In this document: positions 38,350 through 50,519 of the stretch, one piece after another
How the letters are laid out: every line of letters begins with the position of its first letter
Numbering within the stretch: the stretch's first letter is position 1
Assembly (NCBI RefSeq): GCF_018350175.1
Contig: NC_058368.1
Coordinates: 112,594,001-112,658,000 of the forward strand
Length of the DNA stretch: 64,000 nucleotides
Source of the DNA: Felis catus
Taxonomy: Eukaryota
Direction of reading: 5' to 3'
Notes under the pieces: model-generated
Database searches by the model: none
Seen by the model: the letters and a program-made list of their open reading frames with translations, nothing else
Told to the model about the DNA's origin: nothing
Made by a program: the position numbers and the translations under genes

Positions 38350-38614
38350 GTTGTAAACGCTGGGTTGTACTTTGCACCTCGGTAGTAGGAGTACAGATTG
38401 AACATTCCAATCATGAAGGCCACAAATACCATGATGAAAATGACCATGAACTTGAAGATATCTTTCACAGTTCTCCCCAGCGAGATCTGCAGGGGTCCAA
38501 AACTTTCATTGGCTGGCAGGATGTATGCAATCCTGGAGAAGCTCAGCACGACAGCGATGGCATACAGCCCTTCCGATATGATCTGAGGGTCTGAAGGCCA
38601 CCACTTGTCCCTGG
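38350..38614 (-). CDS. TRPC7: TRPC7 coding exon (~exon 7): S4-S5, (A)[55 protein letters not shown]...YNPAFT(T)
   Basis: ORF track 38346..38711. Acceptor tttcag|CC, donor CAAC|gtgagt. 265 nt, phase 1 to 2. Confidence 0.97.
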
Positions 38615-39089
38615 CTGAAAGAAAATAATCCGGGTTACTCGTGGGGTGGGGTGGGGTGGGGGCAGGATCTGCTGTAGTGACTTGTTTCTGGCGGAGAAAC
38701 CAGGTAGGCATTTTTAGAGGCCTCTAACCTCATCATTGCCATTCCTGCCCTTGAAGTTGATTCCAATGCACTGAAGGTACCACACCTTCCCTCTTGGAAT
38801 GTGCTAGTCCATCTGGCTGGAGCGCTCTTCCCTCACTTTAAGACCGCCTCATTCCCGGTCATCCTTTAAGACTCTGCTCAAGTGACATCTCTTTCAGGAA
38901 GCCTTGTGTGACTCCCACAAAGTGAGATGGGCTCCCGGTTCCCCTTGGTTCCCTTGTTATCTGTGCACCCTCCGTCATGGAACTTACCGTGCTGCTTCCT
39001 ATTCTGTCCTCCCTACCATTGTGTGAGCTCCACAAGCAGGGGCTGCTCCAGTCACTGGGGAAGCGTCACGAGGAGGTGGTGGGGCGGGG

Positions 39090-39330
39090 CACGGGCTTAC
39101 AGTCAGACAGACCTGAGGTTGACAGTGGCCTTTCTACGCAGATGCTGTGTGATCGCAAGCAAGTCAGTTAACGTTTTGGAGCCGGATTTTCTCCATTTGC
39201 AAACTGGGTGTAATTTCGTCAACCTCAGAGAGCTGTAGTGGGGGGTAAAATGAAATCATGGACGTAAAGTGCGTAGTCAGCCTAGGGCCTGGCACCGATG
39301 GGTGTTGATAAGTGTTTGTTAAATGACTGA
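39090..39330 (+). mobile_element. MIR
   Basis: agtcagacagacctgaggtt...gcaagtcagttaac...gcctggcac. Confidence 0.7.
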
Positions 39331-40977
39331 AGGAAATACCGCAAGTTTGGACTAGCCACAAATCGAAACAGATGAGCACCCATGAGGGCCGGCAATCTGA
39401 AGGATCTTGCCTGAGAAAACGTTCTGGGGTTTTGTTCCTCAGGCAGTGTGTGTCTGGAAGAGTTGCTCTGTGTTTGAGCTAGGGTCTCCAAAGTGGTGAC
39501 CAGTCATCCAGGTTTGCTATGAGAGTGCTTTTCCAGGTGGCCAGAGTCCTGGGACCGGTCCTGGGTGGCCAGGTTTCTGTTTGTGGTCTCTGATGTGAGT
39601 CTCAGCAGCCCCGAGTGTCTTCCTGCAGCAGAACAGAGCTGTGAAGGGTTCCTATTGCAGTTCTAATGGCGCAAGGAACAGCGTCTGTCACTGAAAAGCT
39701 CCCTGCTACGTGTCGGCACGTACAGGGTTTCTCGGGTGAGGGCGGCGCCTTCATCCTGGGGAACTGTATGTGGGTGTCGGCTGTTTTCACGAAGCTGGGG
39801 CAGGAGGATTACAGGGATGCTAATATCCCGCATCGCTCCAGACAGACCCGTAGCACGAAAATTGTTCTGCTAAAAAAGCCAAGAGTCTCCCTGTTGAGAA
39901 GTGCTAAGTGAAACATCAATTGGGAAACATTGAGAAACCTAAATTAGCCCTTACTCTGTACATTAGCTGTGATTTTAGTGACAGTCCTGTAGAGTAGATA
40001 TTATTATTGCCATTTTAAAGGTTGGATTTGGGGTATGGGGTCTTTTTCAGAGCCAGGTAAATGCAGATAGCGAGGAGATTACATAGCAATTCTTGGCACC
40101 CTAAGGGAAATGGAAGAAGAGGAAACTTTTTCTTTATTTTTAAAGCTAGACTGTGTTAAACAATTATAATAATAAAGAGCAGTAAGAAACATTTAGTAAG
40201 GGAAGCCAGGCCTCTGTTTGCTACGAAGTTCCATGGAGTGCATTCTAAATTACATTTGGAGATACAACACAATTATAGACTCTATGTTCTCATCAAGGCC
40301 ATAACTCAGAAGTCCAGGAAAGACAAGTAAGGAGAACAAATTATGTTTCTCAAATGTATCTGTCACTCTCTAAGGATAAATAACACATTTGGGTAACATG
40401 AAATGACTTGACTTCTACAAGAAACACCAAAAAGGGATTTCTTTTTTTCCCTCCTATAATTTACCGTATTAAACCTTAACTGTAATAATAAAAGCTGCTT
40501 CTATAATGCAGTAAGATAGATTTAGCTGTCATCGGACCCTGGTGATCAGGTCAGGATTTCTAGTGAAAAAGTTTTCTATTTACATTGGCTTGTTAGAGTT
40601 GTGATTGTTGTAAAGCAGACAGCAGTGTGACAATTCAGACAAAGGGATTTTCTTCTTTTTGGAGCTCTTTCCTTGAGAAAAATTGCCCTATCACAACCTG
40701 AAAAACTGGAATCTGTCTATTCGGAGCTGTAGAGGTTGGAAGGTACCACTGCCCGGATGGCCACAAGGGGGCTCTCTTGCCCAGCAACTGGAGCACAAGC
40801 GAACACTGTGACAGAGCCAAGAGATTTCCAAGACTCAGGGTGAACCTCGAAGCAGGGGCAACAATGTGCAGTACTTTGCAGTTGGGTGAGACCTTAACAC
40901 AATCCTTAAAAGAAACAGAAGGTACGAGTGGACAATATTGCAGCCTGAATCAGGGAATTAAAAAAATTATCCAGTTT

Positions 40978-41194
40978 GGGGCACCTGGGTGGCTCAGTCG
41001 GTTAAGCCTCTGACTCTTGATTTTGGCTCAGATCATGATCTCATAGTTTGTGGGTCTGAGCCCCCGCATAGGGTTCTGCACTAATGATGCGGAGCTTGAT
41101 TGGGATTCTGTCTCTCCCTCTCTCTCTCTGCCCCTCCCCTATTCGTGCATATGCTTGCTTGCTCTCTCTCTCTCTCTCTCTCTCTCTCAAAGAA
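40978..41194 (+). mobile_element. Can-SINE (first unit of a tandem pair)
   Basis: ggggcacctgggtggctcagtcggttaagc head, (CT)n tract and short A tail. Confidence 0.93.
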
Positions 41195-41212
41195 AAGAAA
41201 ATCATCCAATTT

Positions 41213-41326
41213 CTGGAGCTCAGTGGATCAAGTGTCTGACTCTTGATTTCACCTCAGTTCCTGATCTCACAATTGTGAGATAGAGTCCCTTGTAGGGCTC
41301 CATGCTGAGCATGGAGCCTGCTTAAG

Positions 41327-41378
<52 letters not shown>

Positions 41379-41436
41379 CCCCCTCCTCTGCCCCTCTCCT
41401 CTGCTCACACTCTCTCCCTCAAAAATAATAATAAAA
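41213..41436 (+). mobile_element. Can-SINE (second unit of a tandem pair, slightly 5'-truncated)
   Basis: gctcagtggatcaagtgtctgactcttgatttc..., long (CT)n tract and A tail. Confidence 0.92.
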
Positions 41437-42027
41437 AAGAAAATTGTCCAATTTAGTATCAAGATTCTCTTATCTTTCTTTGATGAACCCTGAATAGCAC
41501 AGAGGAGAAAACGTACAAGCCCATTTTGCTTTTAACGAGTCTAATTTTGCTAAACCAACAAATGAAAAGCGAATGGCTTACAATACTACCAGACTCGCCA
41601 TTTCTCAGTAGGTGTTTCCTTACCACATTTACGTGTAACAATCTGCGTAACAATCCATATGGAATATGGGTAGCAACTCAACAGCTGTATTAAATGGCCA
41701 GCCCTCTGCAGCTCTTTGCTTTACCTGACTGTGAAGATTCAGAGGTCACAGGAGCCGTGTGACTTCATGTAACAGGGACTTTTGACGTTCAAACCTTTCA
41801 TAACGTAGTGGCTGCCATTAATGAATGCCTATTCAACTAGTTTACTGGTAACAGTAACACAAATCTGTTTCTTCTCCCCACGTCTCTTTCTCTTTTAGTA
41901 CAGAAAGCACAGTGTTAGAGCAGGCAAATGACCTTATAGGCAGTATTGATAATAACTATTACCATTTAGTGAACCTTTAATATTGTTAGAGCACAATGCA
42001 AAATTCTTCTTATGCACTATCTTATTT

Positions 42028-42237
42028 TTTTTTTTAACGTTTATTTATTTTTGGGACAGAGAGAGACAGAGCATGAATGGGGGAGGGGCAGAGAGAGAGG
42101 GAGACATAGAATCGGAAACAGGCTCCAGGCTCTGAGCCATCAGCCCAGAGCCTGACGCGGGGCTCGAACTCATGGACCGTGAGACCGTGACCTGGCTGAA
42201 GTCGGACGCTTAACCGACTGCGCCACCCAGGCGCCCC
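42028..42237 (-). mobile_element. Young felid Can-SINE (SINEC_Fc type)
   Basis: Full length with CpGs retained. Perfect 15-bp TSD tgcactatcttattt at 42013-42027 and 42238-42252. Confidence 0.96.
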
Positions 42238-42914
42238 TGCACTATCTTATTTAAAACAAACTTTCTGACATAGGTTTTCTCCTGGTTTTACATTCGGGAA
42301 AATAAAGGCTCAGAAAAGTTAGATAAACAGAATCTCAGAGTAAGCTGTACAAGTAGAATTTGAATCTAAGTGTAACTCCAAAGCCTGGAAACATAAGCAC
42401 CATGCCATTCTGAATGGTTTTCAGTTCATGTTGGGCCAGGATCCCTTGCTATCCAAGGTATTCCTGTATTTCTGAGAACACTGTAAGCCCTGCCATGGCA
42501 GCCCATTTCGTCATCTGAAAATAGGGGCAGAAGAGACCCTCCCCCCCACCCTTTTTTTGAGGCCTTTTGCAAGGATTGGAGTTTATGGTTTAAAATGTCT
42601 GTACAGTTCCTGGCACCTAGCAAGTCCTCAATAAATGGATGCTGTAACTCTTATTATTCCTAAAATTTCAGTCTACTACCTCCCACCATATGGCCTTGTG
42701 GTTTGAAAGAATTAAGTCATCTCCAAAAAAACTAATTTTGCCATGAGAAAAGAACGTTCGGATTGGGCAATTGAGGGCCTATCTCTGCACAAAATACAGG
42801 GATCAAATACAGAACGAAAATTCTTTCATCTATACATTTCCTCTTACTGCTCCTGGAGCCACATCAGAAATGAAATCTTTCTTAAAAAAAAAAAAGAAAG
42901 AAAAAGAAAACAAC

Positions 42915-43118
42915 GGGGAGCCTGGGTAGGGGTCAGTCGGTTAAGCGACTGACCCCTGATTTCAGCTCAGGTCACGGTCTCCCGGTTGTGAGATCAAGTC
43001 CCGAGAGGGGCTCGGTGCTGGGCATGGGGCTTTCTTGACAATCTTTCTCTCTCTGCCTCTCCCCTGCTCGCACGTGCCCTTGCTCACGCTCTAAAAAAAA
43101 ATAATAAAGGAAAAAAAA
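42915..43118 (+). mobile_element. Can-SINE
   Basis: ggggagcctgggtagg..tcagtcggttaagcgactgac head, CT tract and A-rich tail. Confidence 0.9.
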
Positions 43119-43340
43119 TCTCCCAGAACACGTTCTAAGAGCCTTTCCAAAACAAATCTATCCTTCTAAACACACAAAAATTCATTTCTTATAGTCACTA
43201 ATTGCACATTCTACCAAGCTGCTTGTGCTGCAGGGAGCTGGGCTATGTTGGAGCAGATCCGCAGGTGGAGCCGAGCTCAGGGCCCCGGGCCACGCCCCGG
43301 GAACACAAGGCAGGACTCGCTAGAGCGCCCTCTGGCTCAC

Positions 43341-43574
43341 CGTAGGTGAAGTACGCCACTTCCGGCGGAAGTGAGACGTTGTGCAGCGAGTCGTCCTGCA
43401 CGTGCTGGTCCACGTACAGCTGGGCCTCGCTGGCCTTCAGGAAGGCCATGAACCTGGCGGTGAAGGAGGCCACGAAGATGGACAGCATCCCGAAGTCTAG
43501 CAGGTTCCACAGGTGCAGCACGTACTCCCGCGGCCCCTCCTCCCAGATTTCCTTGCATTCGGACCAAATCATTC
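43341..43574 (-). CDS. TRPC7: TRPC7 coding exon (~exon 6): S2-S3 and S3-S4 loop, (G)MIWSECKEIWEEGPREYVLHLWNLLDFGML...PPEVAYFTY(A)
   Basis: ORF track 43243..43572. Acceptor ccgcag|GA, donor TACG|gtgag. 234 nt, phase 1 to 1. Confidence 0.97.
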
Positions 43575-44252
43575 CTGCGGGAGAGTGAGAAGGTCAGGCT
43601 CATTTTCCATTTCCCTTGGCATTTGTGACCACAGCGGGGCACGGAGGGAACCAGGGTATGGATGTACATGTGAGCTCTTTAGAGCTGAGAACCTTGATAG
43701 CCAGCGGCAAAACAGAAACTTGTCTTCGAGGGCAGATTTAGAGACAGGAAATTCTCATCGCCAGAAGACCCGTTACCTGCCCCTCTGTTTACAGATAAAC
43801 CTTCTCCAGGATTGAGGAGAAAGTTCTCATTCTTTCATAGATTCTTGGAGGCATTATAGGAGAAATATAGTATCCAACATTTGTGCGTTTTAAGAACTGA
43901 AAGGTTTTAAGGAAACATCCCTTTCTAAACGAAATGGAAGGAAACTGAGGGCGAGGAATGGGAAAGGGCTTTCTGAAGGTCCCACATATGGCCTGGAGCC
44001 CAGTTGTCCTAACTCCCACATTCGAACACCTTCTATATGTCTATGATTCAGTGAGCATTAATTTTGGGTTGTTAGTTTTCTCATAATTTTTTTTAATAAC
44101 ATAACTGGGTTTTAAAAACGTATCTCGTCATTGTAACGTATTAAACAGTGTAGAAGTATGTAAACAAAATGTTGCTAGTTCCCCTACCTAACCTCTAAGC
44201 CAGCCTTGCAAAGTAACCCAGAGTTAATAGTTTGATACATGTTCCTCTATAT

Positions 44253-44557
44253 ATGCACTGCCAATATCATGGCCGCTAATCACATGTGGATATAGAGCGC
44301 ATGAAATGTGGCCAGTTGAATGCGAGGTGCTGTGTAAGTGTATTCTAACACACCAGGTATCAAAGACTTAGTAAAAAAAGAAAAAAAAGTAAAATACTGC
44401 ATTTTTTTAATAGCCATCACCTGTTGAAGTGACACTATTTTAGGTAAGTTAGGTTAGATCAAATATTGTTAATTTCGCCTTTTTATAATGAGGTTACTAG
44501 GAAATTTTAAATATGTGGCTTGTGTAGAGCCTTGTACTATATTGAATACTGTACTGT
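44253..44557 (-). mobile_element. MER33 (hAT-Charlie), opposite orientation to the copy at 18458
   Basis: cacatgtggatatagagcgcatgaaatgtggccagt...ggttactaggaaattttaaatatgtggct. Confidence 0.75.
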
Positions 44558-44619
44558 CATTCTCTATCTTCACTGACGATGTAAAACGAAATTGGCTTAG
44601 ATTTTTACAACGTAATGAT

Positions 44620-44865
44620 TCAGTAACATTCTGAGCACCTACTATGTGTCAGGCACTGTTTGGTGTGCGTGTATGTATGTATTATCTCACTTAAATCTTT
44701 GGAACAACCCCGTGAAGTACATCCTGTTGTTATCTCGTTTTCACAGTGAATGTTCTTTAGGCAGAGAGATTTGTAATGTGCCCACCTAGGAGGCAGGAGA
44801 TCTGGAATTTGAATCTGGAAGGCCTGTCCCTAAAGTCTGTGCCCTGACCACTGTGTTATTCTGCC
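44620..44865 (-). mobile_element. MIR
   Basis: tgagcacctactatgtgtcaggcactgtt...aacaaccccgtgaagta...ggaatttgaatctgg. Confidence 0.75.
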
Positions 44866-45870
44866 TCTTCAGAACTAAAAAATGGATTCAGGGCCAGGAC
44901 TGTGTGGAAAAGACTCTTGAATATTTTGTAAGTGACATTAAGGAGTTTTATAGCCTCTCAACCCTGGGAAAGACTTGACGTCGTACCAGCCCATTCTATG
45001 TACTACACTTGGCCTGCATACTTAGGAGGTTAATGTAGTAAAAGAATTGCTAAGTGGTCGGTTAGTGAAACAGTTTCATTCACCAATGCCTCACTTCCAA
45101 GAGGTCAGCACTGCCCTGGCTTCTGCGCATCAGACATGGCGGCCTGCCTTCCCACAGCCTTCTTCTTCTTCCTTAGCCTCCTTTCTTGGTCCTCATCCTG
45201 TCCCACAGCCCTTAAAGGCTGTTGCTTTCCAAGAGTTGGGCCATTCTCAATTTTCCCTCTGTCCCTGACTGAGCTTCGTTCTTCATTTCCTTGCAAATGT
45301 CGCACAGGTAAATAACTTGCTGTTTTTCTTCAGAGCTTCAAGGCCACATTTCTGCTATGCAGAGAGACTGCTCTAAGTGGATGTCCTGCCAGTGCCAGAT
45401 ATATCACATATCCCAAGTTGGCCGCCCTGTCTCCCCCTACCTCGCAGCCCCGCCGTTGCCCATTACTCCTTCCTGTGGCCCCAACTCCTCAGGCTGTCAC
45501 CATGAATCACCACAGTTCTGCAGACCCTCCTCCGGTTGGACTCTCAGTTTTTCAGTTCTATGTCCTTACCTCTTCAAGTACAGGTCAGATCGTGGTCATC
45601 TGCCCCTGCAGTGTACTCCTCGTCCCTAAGATGAAGTCTGGACTCAAGGGCTAGGCTGTCAGACCTTCCTGTGATCTCTTACTGCACACCCTGGATTTGA
45701 GCAAATGCTGGTCTCCCTGAATAGTTCCGCCCCGGCCGTTTGCCGGTGTCCCCTTTTCTGTCTCCTCCATACGTCAAACCCAAGCACACTGGCAGATGAC
45801 CACACTATAATTTGGTAGCCTTTGAGGATGCACCTGTCTAAAAAGCTTGGAGTCAGGAATGGTACTAGGA

Positions 45871-46004
45871 GGGTGCCAGGGTGGCTCAGTCAGTTAAGCG
45901 TCTGACTCTGGCCCTGATCTCATAGTTTGTGGGTTCAATCCCCCCGACAGGCTCCGTGCTGACAGCAAGCAGCCTCTGGGATTCTCTCTGTGCCCCTCCC
46001 CCAT

Positions 46005-46038
<34 letters not shown>

Positions 46039-46104
46039 CCCCCCCCCCCCCCCCGCCCCAAGCACGCACGTGCTCTCTCTCTCCCTCCCTCAAAATAAAT
46101 AAAT
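45871..46104 (+). mobile_element. Can-SINE with (CT)n-poly(C) tract
   Basis: gggtgccagggtggctcagtcagttaagcg head. TSD aggaatggtactagga / aagaatgaaactagga. Confidence 0.92.
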
Positions 46105-46216
46105 AAGAATGAAACTAGGAGCAGACAAAGAGTTATGGCCACCGAAGCATGGCTGACTTGGTCACAGGCCCATGTCCGGCCACAGTGGATCGTCTCTACT
46201 CTGCCCAGAGACTGTT

Positions 46217-46424
46217 GTTGTTGTTTGTTTGTTTTTAACGTTTATTCGTTTTTGAGAGACAGAGAGCAAGTGCGGGAGGGGCAGAGAGACAGGATCCAAA
46301 GCAGGCTCCAGGCTCTGAACTGTCAGCACAGAGCCCGAGGCAGGCCTCAAACTCACAAATGTCGAGATCAAGACCTGAGCTGGAGACAGACAGACGCTGA
46401 ATTGACTGAGCCACCCGGGCACCC
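46217..46424 (-). mobile_element. Can-SINE
   Basis: Tail (TTG/TTTG)n and head tgagccacccgggcacccc. TSD ctgcccagagactgtt / ctgcccaggcagtgtt. Confidence 0.92.
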
Positions 46425-49400
46425 CTGCCCAGGCAGTGTTTTAATCAGAGTTTTCCCTTTTCTGGTGAAAATGGTCCATTATATAAAAGGAATTGAAACC
46501 AAATGTTTTTCTGAGGAGAAAGGCTGTTTAGACAAGTGGTGGCTTTGTTTGAAGCAGTGGATTCTAAGATCTGCGTGTCTGTTTCAAATCTGAGTCCCCA
46601 CAACAGGAAATATCCCAAAAGATTACAGGTCTGTTTATAAGACACTGCTGCCTTACCTTCTTTTTCTTAATCAAGCTACACTTCTCAAGCTTCCCTGTTC
46701 AAAATTTGTATGGTAGTTCAGCAAAGTAAAAATTGTCTTAACACTTGAAATCACTTTCGATTGTGCCAGTTCAAATAGATGTTTTAAAAATGTGTTTAGA
46801 AAAACCATTATAGGCTGGGAGAAGTAATGTTTATTGTTTTTGTCTCCCCTCAAATTAAAATTCCCGGTGTCTTAGTGGAACTGCTTTTAGCTGGGCACTA
46901 GGCAAGTTGCAGGCTATCACTGGCCTTAATTCAGGAAGTCCTGGGTTCAGGTTCTAGCTTGGCCACTTACTGGGTATTTCAAATGTTGGAGAGGTGAATA
47001 AAATACTGTGCCAAAGATGGCCCATGGGACTAAAACAAACTCTGGTCTCTACTTGGAGACCCCTCCTCCGGGTTCTTCTTCCTTCATTTGCCCCGTGCGC
47101 GAAAACCCCCACAGATACGGAGGCTGACAACTGTAAGTTACCCTCTCCATTTGCATTCGGCGCTCAGATCTTTGGAGAAACGTTCTCCTCTGAGCCCGCT
47201 GGTGGTAAATAAATCTCTGATCCACTAAGATCTCCGAGTACCGCTTGGTTTTTCTGCCAGTATTCCAGCCTGGTTCCATGATACAAGAACTAAAATATTG
47301 GGTGTTGGGGTAATTTCAAGCACTAAAAGCTCTGGGAATCTGAAAAGCAGATTGTTTATAGAAGACTGACTTTTCTGACCAATCTAGTAGCTCCTCCTTG
47401 GGCATTGCAAATCATTTCCTCCATAGTCAAATGCCCTCATCAGTTTTACTAGATTTAAATATTAACTCACCCAGGCTAATTTAAATTATTCCAAGGCCAT
47501 GAGTAAAAGTAGCATGGGCCCAAGGGTTTGAGCAGCAGGAATGCTTAATGAAAAAAGAAATGTGTGAAATTAAGTACTTTAGTGAGTGAAATTAGGCCCC
47601 CTGCTTCCGAGGTTCAGCATTTTATATCCATGCTGGGTATCATGGTCCCTTTCCTTTAGCTTGTCCCTCAGAGGAGTGTTAAAACCCCGGGGCTCAGGGG
47701 TAAGGATGCTGGGTACTGGAGCCTCCTTCAAGCAAAATCCCCTTCATTTCTGGATGCCTGGAGTCCAGAGAACAAGGTCACTGAAAATTAATGGGGGAGT
47801 GGGTGACAGTGGAATAGGCTGGGAAATGCTGGGAAGCCTTGGGAGAAATGAATAGCGACATTTGGGCAGGTTCTGAATAATGGCCTGCAGGCTGCTGAGA
47901 TGGAGCTTGACAGTTCAAAAGGTGGTCCCTCCCATCCTGAGCCACACATTCTATTCAGAAGGGATTCCCCCTCCCGAATCCTCAGGGACTTAAACGTGCA
48001 CATTCCTTCAGTGGTCTTGGCCCCAAGGCTTTCCGTACTCTGCCCCAGGGTCTTCAGCAGAGCAGGCTTCCCAGACCACTTCCTGGGGGGACTGTCTGTT
48101 CTTTCAGGTCAGCTTCTCATTACGGGGCCAAAATGTAGGTGTTCTGTGAACTTGCAGGAGGGAGAGAGAATATGCCCTCAAGCTCTGACACGCAAACAGT
48201 GTCTCAATGGCAGGTCTTGGCAACAATTCTGGGCCTCAGACACGTTTGGGATTCAGCTGTGTTCCAGGCAGGAAGATGACGTTAATAGATTTAAAATTTT
48301 CTTAACAGAACTCATCCTATTTCTCTTCTCTCATTTGAGTTGCTGACAGTTACTGTGCAAGTGCCAAGGCCCTGTGCTAAGCACAGGTGGACCCCAGTAC
48401 ACCTTCCTAGCAGCCTGAGAGGTGGTTAAACTGCAGTTAATCTGCACCTTCCAGGTAGAAAAAACCTCCATGCCAAGATGGTAAGTAAGTTGTCCAGAGC
48501 CACACAGGCAGTTCAGGACCCTTGCTGCCCACTGTGCTGTCACCTACCACACCCTCTGGGAGGCACAAGCTTACTCTCACTGGTTAGGAAACTCCTCCAC
48601 CCACTTAATAGACACTGTTGAGTGCAGACTCCGTACCAGCCCCCGTCCTGGGGATACAGTAACCAAGATGTCAGCCCTTCCTTAGCAAGACCAGCCTAGT
48701 GCTGGAGACAAATGTATTATAAGCAATAATGAATACTCCCGGTGACAGATGCTGTCATAAAAATGTCCAGAGATTGTGGAGACACAGACACAGGGATAAG
48801 AGCAGTCAGTGTTCTGATCTTGCGACCCAGGAGGGTGCCTGGAACAACTTCCATTTGTTCACTGAATGGAGTGAATTCATGGAGGAGGGGACACTTGGTG
48901 TGAGGAACCAGGAGTTAGCGTGGTGAGGGAGGAGGGACTGGCAGGGTGTTCTAGATAGTGGGCATGGAAGTGCGGGACAGCAGGCTCTTCCCGCGTGCCT
49001 GAAGAGACTGAGTATGGCTCAAGAGTCAGGGAGTGGGGCTGGCGGTTGGCAGCAGGGAAGGTCAGTGAAGAGCCTTCCTTCAGGCCATGAGGAGGAGGCT
49101 GGACTGCACTCTGAGCAGCTAGGTAGCCCCTAAAGGTGGTAAGCAGAGTAGCTACGTGGTCTGACTTGTTGGGAGAAACTTTGGAAAGTTGACTGGAGCA
49201 ATCTGCTTGGGAATTTTAGCTAAATAAATGGGGAAACGATCAGAAGAATGAATTAGGTGAGGAACTCAGCACATATAATGTTACGATTCTTGGCCAAACC
49301 TTGCCGTATGGTTCTGGAGCCAGGACTTAGCACTGTCCTTGAAGAGTTTATAACCCTGGGTGAGTGGAGTGAGGGAGAGGTTGATCCTCACAGTTTACCC

Positions 49401-50519
49401 GTGTGAAAACTAAAGTTCAGAGAGGTGGGGCCACCGGGGAGAAAGGGACACGGGATTGGGTTTCCTGACACCCAGTCCCAAGTATTTTCTTACAGCCCTT
49501 TCACAAATGTATTTTCTTACTATGCTGAGCATGTATATCTCCAGTTCACTTTCAATACTGGGATGTCTATTTTAGAAAACACTGCCAGGGTCTAAGAGTG
49601 CTGTAGAACAGGTCTTTGGACATGAATCTATTCCTTGATGGGGAAATGGCATGTGTTGTGGAGAGGCTTCCTGTGCTGCGAACCCAATGGCTTTTTGGGA
49701 ACCACTAATGTTACACAGTCCTCTGATGAGTGTCTCTGGAGCCCCAATCTCCAATTGAAAAGCCACATATCATAAGCTGTTAACAACTACCCCAGAGTTG
49801 CCCCTGATACTGATAGGCAGGAAGGAGGTTCCTATGGTATGAGCTGATATTGGAGGTTCTCTGGCCTGGAAGGAATGATGGTCCCTGGTTCATTTAGGCC
49901 CCCAGAAAGCAGCTCATTTGACAGTGCTACAGAATATGCACGTCTACTGGCAAATTTAGCCCTCCTTCCTCACTCCTACTTTTCTCTTGCTTTTCTTAAT
50001 ACCATGTTCTGGTTTTTCTTCCATTTCTCGGCATGTTTCTTAGTCTCCTTGTGGCCCCCACCCTGTGTTTTAACTCTCTGCGATTGAATTCTTCCCAAAT
50101 TCCTGCTGGTAGTCACCTAAAGCATCTAGAGTGAAGGCAGAATACATTTCTCATTGGGTTTGACTTTTCCGCAGAACTGTACAGCAGAAGAGGAACAGCA
50201 TACATGCCCAGTGTGAGTAGAGGCTTGGGGAAGTGAGCTAGAGCATTGTCACACGACATGGCCCTTGAAAGAGGTCATTGGGAAAACCACATGACCAGAT
50301 GGAGACGGTGATAGCAAAGGATGGAAAGGGGCAACTACACATTTACATGATTACAGAAATGTTAACATCATTGAGACAGGAAGAAACAAAGGAAAGCATG
50401 TCGTCTTGTCAGAGGTGTTAACTGTTAGGAGGAAAAGGAGCACAGAGAACTGGAGGACAGGGTGGAAGAACTTGCCGCTGCAAACAGGTTGGTTTATGAA
50501 GGCCTCGCTTTGCAGGAGA

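Noticed and set aside
40978..41060. tRNA-like A/B box sequence
   Set aside because: It is the tRNA-derived head of a Can-SINE followed by the SINE body and tail, not a tRNA gene.
43337..43815. Alternative-frame and antisense ORFs over exon 6 (similarly over exons 7 and 9)
   Set aside because: These are shadows of GC-rich coding sequence with few stops, with no independent evidence of coding.
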